Assembly: GCA_951406725.2 (NCBI GenBank)
Contig: OX597816.1
Location: 156,612,001-156,676,000 of the forward strand
Length of the DNA stretch: 64,000 bases
Direction: 5' to 3'
DNA from: Octopus vulgaris
Lineage: Eukaryota
Shown: in pieces, positions 38,845 through 50,590 of the stretch
Layout: every line of letters begins with the position of its first letter
Numbering within the stretch: position 1 is the stretch's first letter
Translations under genes and position numbers: made by a program
Notes under the pieces: generated by a model
What the model was told of the DNA's origin: nothing
Database searches by the model: none
What the model saw: the letters and a program-made list of their open reading frames with translations, nothing else

Positions 38845-39300
38845 TACAAAATGGGACAAGAATGCAAAACATCCGGACAGCTAGGTGATAAAATAAGGGA
38901 CAACAAAACATCCAGATAGACGATACAAAAAACAATGATGGGTCATTCGAAGCTTTCTATCCTCAGTCAAGAACCGGATCATCCTCGCAATTTCGGCTGA
39001 TTAATCTTGAGATTGTTCCCATCTGGCCAGCGCCAAGGAAAAACTAAGCTAAGAGCATTAGATTCCTTGGAAGAAAGCAGCGAATGTATACAAAAAAAAG
39101 GACAGAAAAAGCAGACGATGTTACACAAATATAAATACAAATTACAATAAAAATTATAATGATAATAATAATAATAACAACAGGACATAACAACAGTTGT
39201 CTTTCGACTGGGGACGAACCGAATTCAGCTGGCGTGTGTGGATATGAATCCTTACGACAGAGATACAGAACTTTCGCAAGCACAGGGAAGAATATCTATG
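38845..39300 (-). mobile_element. PLE-like repeat family B with permuted hammerhead motif
   Basis: Homologous to 54570-54912 (AAGCTAAGAGCATTAGATT, AACAACAG.TGTCTTTCGACT); hammerhead core strands at 38960-39013. Confidence 0.7.
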
Positions 39301-39442
39301 TGGCAGTGACCACGGTCAGACGCAAAAAGAGGCCTAGCAGTCTGGTCTGTCGGTCACGCGAGAAGAGAGAGAGAGAGAGAGAGAGAGAGTTGTAGAAGCA
39401 GATGAATAGAAAAACTAATGAATGGCCATAAAAAATGACAGG

Positions 39443-39490
<48 letters not shown>

Positions 39491-39496
<6 letters not shown>

Positions 39497-39827
39497 CGAA
39501 ACACGCATGTAGTCGAGCCGGGGACAGCTGATGAAGGGGAACGTTCCGTGTGTTGTTTGTCCTGCGTTCTGTTTTTTCGTTGTCAAAAAAAGTCCGTTCC
39601 CTTGTTTTTATGTTTTCGTTTCTCGTTGAGTTCTACGTCTATTTGTGGTTTCCTGTACTCACATAAATATATTTATATATGCATGTATATATACATGTAG
39701 ATGTAGGTACGTACATATATGTATGTATGTATGCATATATTTTATTTATTACATTATTGTATGACTGAGCACCCTCGCGTCGTTTCGTTTCGCTTCTTTC
39801 CTTTCTCCCAGTATGCTTTTATATATA
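39491..39827 (+). repeat. Repeat family C, copy 1 (PLE pseudo-LTR-like)
   Basis: Near-identical direct repeat of 40661-41000. Confidence 0.9.
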
Positions 39828-39828
39828 A

Positions 39829-40222
39829 CTAGCAGTATCGCCCGGCGTTGCTCGGGTTTGTAAGGGAAATAACCATATAGGCATTTTTAGAGAGTTATAG
39901 CCAAAAAATAGCAAAACAATGCATTAAAATGGAAAAAAAAATGATGGTAATTTTGTTTTAATCGTTGACTCATCGTAGACATTTTTAGAGAGTTACTTCC
40001 CTTATATAATAGCGAAAAAATCCATTAAAATGGAAAAAAATTATGGTAATTTTTTTAAAATCGTAGACTCATCGTAGACGCGCGCTAATACCCAGAAGGG
40101 CTCGATATGAATCACGACTATAAGATACCCGGCTTTGGTTAAACTGCACCGCAAAATGTGGGAGTAGTTAGGAATCTAAATCGTAGGAGACAGACACACA
40201 ACTTCACTTTTATATATAAAGA
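39829..40222 (-). mobile_element. Non-autonomous Helitron (394 bp)
   Basis: Minus strand 5'-TC...CCCGAGCAACGCCGGG hairpin...CTAG-3', inserted between A and T with no TSD; internal ~98-bp tandem duplication. Confidence 0.9.
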
Positions 40223-40224
40223 TT

Positions 40225-40310
40225 ATGACGCGAAACTCTGTAACCCTTTGCTTGACCTTTCCTTCCTTCCTGTCTGTCTCTCTCTTTACTTTTCCCTCTT
40301 TCTGGTTTCC

Positions 40311-40351
<41 letters not shown>

Positions 40352-41000
40352 ACTCCTCTTCATCTCCATCTCCCTCACGGCTGAGTCGACTTTACTTCCT
40401 TTTCACTCCAGCCTGCTTCAAGTCAAGACGACTTATTCCTGCGCTCTGAATTTTTTTTCCTCGTTTTGTCCTGTTTTTATTCTTTATGTGTACTGTATTT
40501 TTCATATTTGCATTTTTATTTTGTATTCGTATTTTTATTTGTATTGCTTTTACGTCGTGTTCTTGTCACATTTTTTCTTTCCTTGTTTTTAGCCCTCTGC
40601 AAGGGAATTTTATTTAATTCCCTTGCAGGAAGGACCGGTCCAACGAGCGTGTCCAGTCCTTACCTTCGAAACACGCATGGAGTTGAGCCGGGGACAGCTG
40701 ATGAAGGGGAATGTTTCGTGTGTTGTTTGTCCTGCGTTCTGTTTTTTCGTTGTCAAAAAAAGTCCGTTCCCTTGTTTTTATGTTTTCGTTTCTCGTTGAG
40801 TTCTACGTCTATTTGTGGTGTCCTGTACTCACATATATATATTTATATATGCATGTATATATACATGTAGATGTAGGTACTTACATATATGTATGTATGT
40901 ATGCATATATTTTATTTATTACATTATTGTATGAATAAGCGCCCTCGCGTCGTTTCGTTTCGTTTCGTTTCTTTCCTTTCTCCCAGTATGCTTTTATATA
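40225..41000 (+). repeat. Repeat family C, copy 2, including the upstream hairpin and complete permuted hammerhead motif
   Basis: Direct repeat with 39491-39827; 13-bp hairpin at 40597-40628. Confidence 0.75.
40635..40710 (+). ncRNA. Candidate hammerhead ribozyme with non-circularly permuted strand order (GUC -> GAAA -> CUGAUGA)
   Basis: Stem III GCGTGT/ACACGC (6 bp); GUC 40651-40653; stem I CAGTCCTT/GGGGACAG (1 mismatch, 2 G-U); GAAA 40668-40671; CTGATGA 40698-40704; weak stem II GGGG/CCTT. Confidence 0.55.
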
Positions 41001-41476
41001 TATATATACATATATATATAATCTGTACGACTCATTTACACTTTTACTCTTTCTTTTAGCTCCCTACACGCTTTCTTCTTTCTTTCCACTTTTCCCTCCT
41101 CTCGCTGCCCCTCTCCCACATATCTTGCCCTTTCTTTCATTCTCATCACTTTCCCTCTTTTATCACCCTTGTACCTTTCTTTACGTTCCTTTCCTTTCTT
41201 TTCCTCTCCTTCTCGTCCTTCACTAATTCTTCAATCCCTCTGTCCTCTACCTCTCTCCTCTCCTTCAACTTGCCTAGTGTTCCGCCAAGCCTGACCTTTC
41301 TTTCGTGGTTCGACTTCCTTCTGTGTAGCATCTCTTATATTCATTCTCATGCCTGCCATGCCTTTGTCCCTGCCGTAAGGCTTCACTCCACACAAGCGAG
41401 CATAATTTAATTCGCTTTTAGTCGAAAGTCACCTGTTGTTAATGTCTTGTTGTTTGTATTTGTAATATATATATAT

Positions 41477-41813
41477 GACACCTTGGGCAAGTGTCTTCTA
41501 CTATAGCCTTGGGCCGACCAAAGCCTTGTGAGTGGATTTGGTAGACGGAAACTGAAAGAAGCCCGTCGTATATATGTATATATATATATATATGCGTATG
41601 TGTTTGTGTGTCTGTGTTTGTCCCCCTAACATTGCTTGACAACCGATGCTGGTGTGTTTATGTCCCCGTTACTTAGCGGTTCGGCAAAAGAGACCGATAG
41701 AATAAGTACTGGGCCTACAAAAGAATAAGTCCCAGGGGCCGAGTTGCTCGATTAAAGGCGGTGCTCCAGCATGGCCGCAGTCAAATGATTGAAACAAGTA
41801 AAAGAGTAAAAGA
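41477..41813 (+). mobile_element. SINE family 1, 5'-truncated
   Basis: CACCTTGGGCAAGTGTCTTCTACTATAGCC...GGTGCTCCAGCATGGCCGCAGTC...GAAACAAGTAAAAGAG. Confidence 0.9.
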
Positions 41814-43171
41814 ATATATATATATATATATATACACATAGATGTAAACAGATATAAGCATACATTTTCTTATATAAATATAAATCCCTGTATCTATAGA
41901 CACGCAAAAATATACATACGAACTCTTGTGTTAGTCTGCGTGTACCTATGTGCGTTCTCGCATTACATATGAATCACTGAGTGAGAGAGTGGCTATTGTT
42001 CAGATGATCTGTGTATTTTATCTTTCGCCATAGTTCCTCAAAGATGTATATCCTACCTGCGTATTCTCTGGTTTCTGCAACATGCTGCGCTATTACAAGT
42101 TTCAATAAATAATGTTGCAGAGTTGAAGCTAATTATGTATTAGAAGTATGTTTTCTTTACTTCACAGTGTCGTTCATCTTTCCTCTCATAAACTAACATA
42201 AGTGTTCTGGAAAAGAAAGCACTTTCTACGCACAAACTGAAGCTGTCCGTTACTCTTTCATTGTCAGGTCATTGCTTCATTATTACTGTTCTAGATATGC
42301 TTTCTTGTTTGTTTTTCAGTCTTATTCTGTTAGATACATTTTTTCTCTTGTATCTCGAAAGTTATTCGTTATTCTACCAATTCTCATTCTTTCAATCTTT
42401 CCGTCCTGTGTTCAAATACGTGTTTATATTTCAGTGGGTTCTTTTCCACAAAAATCTGTCATATGGAACTTTCTGTCCCCTTATTTCTCTGATAAATACA
42501 TTCTTAATTCTCGTAAATCCTGTATTGATTGCTTTATGATGATTACGACTGTTTTACATTAGACTTTTTTTCTTTCCTTTCCTTTCTCCACTCCCTACAT
42601 AATAAGTGTTTGTTTGAAGCCTGTTCTTCTTTTATTCACTGCTTGCTGACATATTAGGAGTGACTCCCAATATAAAATCCGTGATTGCTATAATTCTTTT
42701 TTTTACATATCTCCATCAACGTATTTACTTATTTCTCAGTCACATTCTTGGATGTTTCTCGTCGTTTCATTTACATTTCTTTATTGTCAATAAAAACTAA
42801 GACAGAGGATTAATTTCTAATTAGTATTTGAGTGTTTACCAACTCAGTTCGAAAGAAAATACATTTTGATGGCAAATATCCTACTTTGGCCATTTCATTT
42901 TTCCATTGTCATCCACAAGACTTAGAAAATATTTAAGTTGCTAATTATCTACTGAAACGTTTCATGATGTAAGTATCGATTTTCGTTCACGTCTCAACTA
43001 TAAACGCTTCCAATTTGCTATCATTGATTTAGTCTTCCTTCAGTTATAATTATTTGTTCACTCATCACCGAGAGGACATGCAGACCTTTGGATTCGTCTG
43101 GAAATCAGAAATATGCAACATATTTCATAATGCAATGAATTCCGTCCGCCAGCTTACTGCCTCAACACTTC

Positions 43172-43174
43172 TTC

Positions 43175-43209
<35 letters not shown>

Positions 43210-43233
43210 AATCATCATCATAATCATCATCAT

Positions 43234-43312
<79 letters not shown>

Positions 43313-43315
43313 GTC

Positions 43316-43358
<43 letters not shown>

Positions 43359-43395
43359 TATTATTATTATTATTATTATTATTGTTGTTGTTGTT
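43172..43395. repeat. (CAT)n(TAT)n(TGT)n microsatellite
   Basis: Visible runs. Confidence 0.97.
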
Positions 43396-44085
43396 CTTTT
43401 CTGTTGTAGCGAGTGCGCGAACTCTTCCCAGTACTGTATTGTGTTTTTTTTTTTTCCAGAGGTATGGTGATTTCTTTTGTGTCATGGAAAGTATTGTGTG
43501 TTAAGTGTGTAATGCTTTGTTTTTTCTGGTTTACTGGTGGAAGTTTTTTTCACTGGGTGAATGTTGTATAGTGTGACTTGTATTTGTGTGTTATTTTGTT
43601 TAGGCTGTATTATTGGATTGATAGTGTCTTGCGTAGGAGGTGGGCTATTTCTAGTACGGCAATGTTTGGGACACTGTGTAGTGCTGAAAACCCAAGAATA
43701 GATTTAACCTATTTGTTCACGTTTGTTATCATGCCCAATGCTCCAATTATTATTCGTATTGTTTTTTTCCGGTATGCTTCACGCTTTGAAATCTTCAATT
43801 TCGAGGTCTTTGTACTTTGACAATTTCTCTACCTTTATTTTTTTGACAATATTTTGACTGCAATATCTATCATGTACTTCTCAAGAATTTTAGTCACTTT
43901 TCCCAGGGCTCCGACAATTATCTATGATCCAGCATAGTTTGCTTCTTTCTAAATTAACACTGTATCTGGTTTCCTATTCTTTATCTCATGGTCGCACTGA
44001 ATCATAAAATCCCATAGGATCTTTGCATTATCATTTTCGATGATGCATTCGGGTTTAAGTTCATACCATTTATTTGCTCCGTCTT
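43396..44085 (-). mobile_element. Two adjacent R4/Dong-like RLE LINE 3' fragments
   Basis: KWYELKPECIIENDNAKILWDFMIQCDHEIKNRKPD; EKLSKYKDLEIE..IIIGALG..AHLLRKTLSI; ends at an (AAT)n run. Confidence 0.8.
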
Positions 44086-44280
44086 GTACATATATATTTA
44101 CTGATATTTGATAAGCGAGATTCATCTGAATAGTTAATATTTTCATTATATAATTTTAAAAATCATTTTTATTAAATTCCCTCTTAAATTGAAATGTTTT
44201 AGACTTACTTCGGCGCTATTTCCACCTCCATATTTTATATATAAAATTTTTGATTTGTATGAATCCCCCAACTTTTTTCA

Positions 44281-44323
<43 letters not shown>

Positions 44324-44534
44324 AGGTTATTAGAGGTAATGGTGTCAAGAAGACTCAAAGGTGTCAGGTAATGCTGAGTAAGTGGTATGGACATACTGTA
44401 GCTAAGCTCCAGGTGATTATGCGAATGAGGAGTCCAACATAGGTCATATATCAGCATGCGTATATATATATAAAGGTTAACAGAATGAGATAAAAATCCA
44501 CGGCTGTGAAAGATTTTAGAACATTTATAAAGAG

Positions 44535-44582
44535 GTCTTACAGCTGTTTCCGGGATATTTTATATAGCCCTTCATCGGAGAT
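44535..44582 (-). ncRNA. Minimal type I hammerhead motif of PLE type (U4C variant)
   Basis: TCT-CCGATGA-A-GGGCTAT-ATAAA-ATATCCC-G-GAAAC-AGCT-GTA-AGA. Confidence 0.65.
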
Positions 44583-44654
44583 GGTGTGAGAACATGGTTA
44601 AGCAATAGTTATTCTAGATAAGATATGAAATAGAGAGTGAAGTGAAGGAATAAA

Positions 44655-44700
<46 letters not shown>

Positions 44701-45154
44701 CGATTAGTATTTGCTTGGGTAGGTCATCGCATTCATCTCTAGCATGTAAGATGTCCTGTTAAATTCACCTCTGTTGTGTGTAACTACGTACACTATTTTA
44801 TATATATACATATATAATTATATATATGTACATACACACATACACGCACACACAGACGCACATATATGTATGTATTTATAAATATATATATGTATCTAAA
44901 TTACAGTATACGGTTTCAAGTAATCTGGTGGTACACATGATAAAAGCTTCATAATGAAACATTCTACATAGTACGATACAAGAGAAAATGGTAAGAAATT
45001 TAACTTAACATTAAGAAAATTCAAAAATCATGACAAATATTTTTGTAACGTAAAATTATGTTAGTATATTTATTACTTAAAGACAATAATACAAAATGTT
45101 TAAATGCATTTAAGTTACGAAACATTTTGTTGTGATATTAGAATTTAGTGAATG

Positions 45155-45345
45155 TGTGTGTGTGTGTCTATATTTCCCCTCCCACCGCCGACAACCGGTG
45201 TTGATGTGTTTGTGTCCACAAAAAACAGCGTTTCGGCCAAAGAGATTGATAGAATTAGTACCAGTCTTTCAAAAAATAAACATTGAGGTCGATTTCTTCG
45301 ACTAAAATTCAAGGTGGTGCCCCAGGGTGTCCACAATCTAATGAG
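45155..45345 (+). mobile_element. SINE family 1, 3' part, degraded
   Basis: GACAACCGGTGTTGATGTGTTT...GCGTTTCGGCCAAAGAGATTGATAGAATTAGTACC. Confidence 0.7.
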
Positions 45346-45390
45346 AGAGACAATTAACAGAATATAAAAATAATAGTGTTTATAAATATA

Positions 45391-45468
45391 TTCCCGAGCG
45401 TTATACTAATACATCTGTTTGTTTTCTACACCACTTGTCTTCGTCTTTTAGTTTTTCGTGAATTCTCC

Positions 45469-45470
<2 letters not shown>
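45391..45470 (+). mobile_element. PLE pseudo-LTR 3' fragment
   Basis: Reverse complement of 30485-30560. Confidence 0.7.
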
Positions 45471-45536
<66 letters not shown>

Positions 45537-46160
45537 CTTCACTGCAAATGGTCCTGCACTTTTCAATGTTAAAAAGTAGAAAAGGACCCCACAACTTTCG
45601 AATGTTACTTGAAAAATTTCCCCCATGAAATACCGGTTAAACCACCTACATGTGGATACGTCTCTATCAACAACACTTCTCTGTTTGAGTGTTCCATGGT
45701 GTCCCGAAATAATGAATTAAAAGATTTTTGCATGCGACACGAAAAATAACAGTTCTGGACGATGAATACTGAATAAAATAACACAGCACTTACACTCTCA
45801 GATGACTGAAACTGTATCATACCACGCAAAATGAACATTGCATATTCTACATTAAATCCAGATATTGAAATATATAAAAACAATCTCAAAGCACATTCGA
45901 ATCACAAATATCAGGTAACAAAATTAAGCAATACATATTGAATATAATTTATCCAATGAGCAGCTATAAATGAATCGAATATCACACATTCTCATACAAC
46001 ACGGGAAACAGTAAATTATCGCCAGAAAAAGAAACAGTATCTCATAACGAAGCAACGTTTATACACTATAAAAACACAATTCTACAATCACAGAGTGCAA
46101 TATTTCACACTCTTTATAAATATCAAGTTTCACATCGTGGTGCTATAAGAACACGTAAGA

Positions 46161-46189
46161 TAATGATGATGATGATGATGATGATGGTG

Positions 46190-46252
<63 letters not shown>

Positions 46253-46317
46253 GTAATAATAATAATAATAATAACAATAATAATAATAATAATAATAACA
46301 ATAACAATAACAACAAC

Positions 46318-46415
<98 letters not shown>
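46161..46415. repeat. (GAT)n(AAT)n microsatellite
   Basis: Visible runs. Confidence 0.97.
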
Positions 46416-46489
46416 CACAGAACCACTCTTATTCGAACTTAGACGGTGAGGCTTGCGTAGGATGGGAGATTGCAACGATAAAACACTAT

Positions 46490-46735
46490 ACAAGAACTTG
46501 AGAATGAATGAAACTGAAAATAGCTGGATAAAAGAAAAAATGCATGGACAATTTTTAACGAATGTTGAACATAAGACAGAGAAAATAGATGGATGACTAA
46601 AAGTGATTTAAAGCAGGAAACGGATGCTCTCATCTGTGCAGAGCTAGGGCAAGCATTAAGAACCATTTAAACCAAATACAAAATAGACAGCATGTCAGAA
46701 TATTATAAGTGCAGAATCTGTGGAGAAAATGGACA
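46490..46735 (+). mobile_element. R4/Dong-like LINE fragment
   Basis: KMHGQFL..WMTKSDLKQETDALICA..QALRT..KYKID...KCRICGENG. Confidence 0.8.
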
Positions 46736-46829
46736 ATGAATTACAAGGACATAAATAAACCAACAGCAAATGCCAAACAGACATAAAGACATACATATAC
46801 ATGTTTATATTCCAGGTTTTTTTCTCATC

Positions 46830-46978
46830 AGTTTCCATTTACCAGGTCTACACAGAAGACCGTGGCCTGCCGAAGGGTATATTGGAAGCCATTTGCTCAA
46901 ATTGACATGCAGTAGGACTGAACCCGGAACCATGCAGTTGGGATGAAAATCACTTACCACACAGCTACATCTGCACCT
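46830..46978 (-). mobile_element. SINE family 1 head, degraded
   Basis: GCAGTAGGACTGAACCCGGAACCATG...CTTACCACACAGC. Confidence 0.65.
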
Positions 46979-48054
46979 TGTCTGGGTGTATGAATAATAG
47001 CTTTTTATCAAGATAAAAAGATGTAGGGCGATAGAAATGTGACATTCATTCGAAAATTGGGAGTCGACAAAATATGTACCAAACTGTATTAAGTAATGGA
47101 GTCGATAAGACTTGCCAAAATATCTTCTGCAGTAGCCGCCACAACATGACAACATTTCTTAGACAGAGCACAACTTTCAATCTAAAAATCAATTATTGAT
47201 AATAAATCCTTGACTGAAGATGGTGCGATCATAAAGAAGAGTCTTGTGTTATCATAGATTGATTACCAAACAGCTGTTGAAGTTGTTCCCCTCTGGTGGT
47301 TTATGGAAATATTATACATGCGTAAATACAGAGGTATTACTAAACAGAGACATGAAATACAACATAAATGGATGACAGCTGTACGAACCCCCAAATTAAT
47401 GCAAACGTAATAGTCATGGTAACACATTTCAGCAGAGATAGTCCAAAGTATTATCACTTTCTCTTTCTCTTCCTCTCCCTCTCTCCATCTTTCTCTCTCC
47501 CCATTTCTCTCTCATCCCCTTTCTCTCTCTCTCCCTCCCCTCTCTGTCTCTGTGTATTTTAACAAACATTTAAAGCAAACTGAGTTGAATAAATGAGAGA
47601 TGTTTTTAAACAATTCCCTGTATATGTGTGGTCTCAAACTGTACTGTGCAGATAACAAACAGGTTGAAGCCATTTTGCTTGGGTCCGGGGATTATGTAGG
47701 GAAACTAAATGAAGTTGCGTTTAGGAAGGACCACTTCCGATACATTAAAGATAGGAAAATAAATAATTATGTTAGTAAATATCAGGTTAGACACAGAAAT
47801 ATAAATAAGGCTATTGGGCAAAGTCAGACTTAGACATACTTTATAGTTAATGAATTGGACAAAATACAACAGTCGATAATGAAACAAAAAGATAGGAATG
47901 AATATAATAGATGTATTAGATTAATAAATAAAGCAGAGATACATAATAAAACATAAGGTAGCGATCGATACTCCTGTTGTTTCAGTAAATAGCAAATTAT
48001 AACTTACTGAAGTTAAGTGAAGTAGGATGACTAGATAAGAATACAAAAACATAT

Positions 48055-48090
<36 letters not shown>

Positions 48091-48091
<1 letters not shown>

Positions 48092-48302
48092 CTCTTACTT
48101 GTTTCAGTCATTAGACTGCGGCCATGCTGGAGCACCGCCTCTAGTCGAGCAAATCGAACCCGGGACTTATTCTTTGTAAGCCCAGTACTTATTCTATCGG
48201 TCTCTTTTTCCGAACCGCTAAGTGACGAGGACGTAAACACACCAGCATCGGTTGTCAAGCATTGCTAGGGGGACAAACACAGACTCACAAACACATACAC
48301 AC

Positions 48303-48343
<41 letters not shown>

Positions 48344-48509
48344 TACGGCAGGCTTCTTTCAGTTTCCGTCTACCAAATCCACTCACAAGGCATTGGTCGG
48401 GCCTGGGTTATAGCAGAAGACACTTGCCCAAGATGCCACGCAGTGGGACTGAATCCGGAACCATGTGGTTGATTAGCAAGCTACTTACCACACAGCCGCT
48501 CCTGCGCCT
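48091..48509 (-). mobile_element. Full-length SINE family 1 with (GA)n tail
   Basis: Complete reverse complement of the family (head at 48509, tail into (CT)n at 48057-48090). Confidence 0.92.
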
Positions 48510-49910
48510 ATTGAATATATTTCGAATACATCTTTCTTGATATTTGAAATATCATATATGCCACGCCTATAGGAGTGAAGGAAATCTCCTGCAACTAGAA
48601 AAGTGTTATTAAATATCTATTGTAATACTAAGTAGGAGTCCAGTGAAGATTAAAGGGACTCTAATAGAAATATCTAAAAGGTATAGACAAAAGATTATAT
48701 AAAAAGATGACTTCATGGAGATTTGAAGATATGAACGAATTGAGATCTATGATATTTGGGTAAACATATGAGATGTAATACAAACGTCAAAACTGAATTA
48801 TAAACAAGTATATTCATTGTGCCTATAAGCTGATAATTAAAGCAGCTGCTGTAGCAAATCTGGCAAGACTAGAGAAAATGAAAGTTTATGAAAATAAACT
48901 AAAAATTACAACACATGCAGAGAAAGCGAGAATACAGACTTCAGCCCGGGGTTGTTTATGTTGTGAGACCGATCATAATTTTGTTCAACATAATTTTGTT
49001 GAAAAATATTGACGTAGAACAGGGAATATAAATGAATAATATATGTTGGTTACGAAACAATAACAATGATAATTCCTGTCCAGCCTTTGATAAAATGAAG
49101 TAGTTATCGAAAGATATTAAATAGGCAAAATTTCTTATGTTGGGAAAGCGAATGTAAGATCAAATATGGAGTAAAAATGTAAAAAATAATATCAATACTT
49201 GACTGATTTTGTATTAACATCACTGAAAAGAAGAAAATAAATCTGGTAGACGTTTCACACTTATTTCTACTTTTCTGCCCAGGAATGTTTGAAACGATGA
49301 AAATTGTGCCAGATCTATGGAGTACATGAGCAAGTGAAATAGCGCAAATGGATATCAACAAATATCTGGCTATATTCTGTAAATGCCTATTCACACCAGA
49401 TGAAGCAAATCGTGCAAAAGTTATCAAAGACTCCCAAGCTACAAAGGTGACTACCCGCCACCTACCAACGTCGTAGACAACAATCGCCCGGTCACAATCA
49501 CACCACATAGTTATTCTTGAATTGCAAAATGATAGCTTGCAACATAGAACATCTGTCCTTTTTCTATCTACGCGTAAATAAGTAAATACACGCTCAACTT
49601 CAAACACACAGCTGAATAGACATATACATAATCGTTTGTGTGTGCGTGTGTGTTTTGTATGTATATTTATGTAATTAGGTAAAGGTGTTATTTTGGGAAT
49701 TGAGATAAATTTGGAGCAGCATATGAACGAAGATTTTCTGCATGGAATTTACTTACCTATTCGTCGTACAAAGGTTGTTAATGTAGCCAGTAGGCAGAAG
49801 CTGAAATAATTACTCTCTTTAGAAAATGAAACCACGTATCTGTCAACTGGTACTGGAGGTACACTGGCAAATGACCAATTTGGTTGACCTAACTAGGATG
49901 ATGTTGTGCA

Positions 49911-50120
49911 AAGGCGGCGAGTTGGCATAATCGTTAGCACGCCGGAAGAGATGCTTAGCGATATTTCGCCAGTCGCTACGTTCTGAGTTCAAATTTGCCG
50001 AGGTCTACTTTGCCTTTCATCCTTTCGGGATCGATAAATTAAGTACCAGTCGAGTACTGGGGTCGATGTGATCAACTGTCTCCCTCCCCATAAAATCCAG
50101 GTCGTATGCCTATAGTACAA
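49911..50120 (+). mobile_element. SINE family 2 with 16-bp TSD
   Basis: AGGATGATGTTGTGCA (49895-49910) / AGGATGATGTTATGCA (50121-50136). Confidence 0.9.
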
Positions 50121-50407
50121 AGGATGATGTTATGCATAGAAGCATCACTATACTTTAAATGATAACACAAAGTTAATGCTGGTTGTAATTAGTCTCTAGA
50201 ATATTATGAGCTGAAAAATACTTGATATCTAATGAAAAAAATCTTTCAGTTTTAATTCGATTTCACCTACTCTGTCGCTGTGTGGCATCATTAAATATGT
50301 GTGAATAAGGGTGATGATAGAGAAGTAAAATTTATGAAAACGGGGTAAGATGAAAGAAGAAAGAAATAACACACGTAGATAGTTAAGACGAAGCATGTAT
50401 TACATTT

Positions 50408-50457
<50 letters not shown>

Positions 50458-50459
<2 letters not shown>

Positions 50460-50590
50460 GACTAAACTAAACGCAAAAGAAATAGACAAAGAAAAATCCC
50501 AGCAATGGTTGAGAAGCTCAGGACTACACAGAGCTGTGCTCGGTAGTGAAGTGAAAGCACGCTATAAAAATAAAAATAAAACTACTGAAT
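50458..50590 (+). mobile_element. Internally deleted Dong-like fragment inside (TAA)n
   Basis: WTKLNAKEIDKEKSQQWLRSSGL joined to a 3'-end-like tract; (AAT)n on both sides. Confidence 0.65.

Noticed and set aside
39491-41000. LTR retrotransposon or CRISPR interpretation of the direct repeats
   Set aside because: No TG...CA ends, PBS, PPT or TSD; no regular repeat-spacer pattern; eukaryotic context
43054-43485. Poly-His/poly-Ile ORF (similarly poly-Y/L at 46130-46501)
   Set aside because: Trinucleotide microsatellites
47165-47225. TTGA-CTGAAGA with upstream TCAA resembling the family B hammerhead
   Set aside because: No GAAA strand or stem III recognisable
49104-49607. 167-aa minus ORF / plus-strand acceptor-like site at ~49283
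   Set aside because: All plus frames stop quickly; LCQIYG..RKW hints only at a decayed mariner HTH
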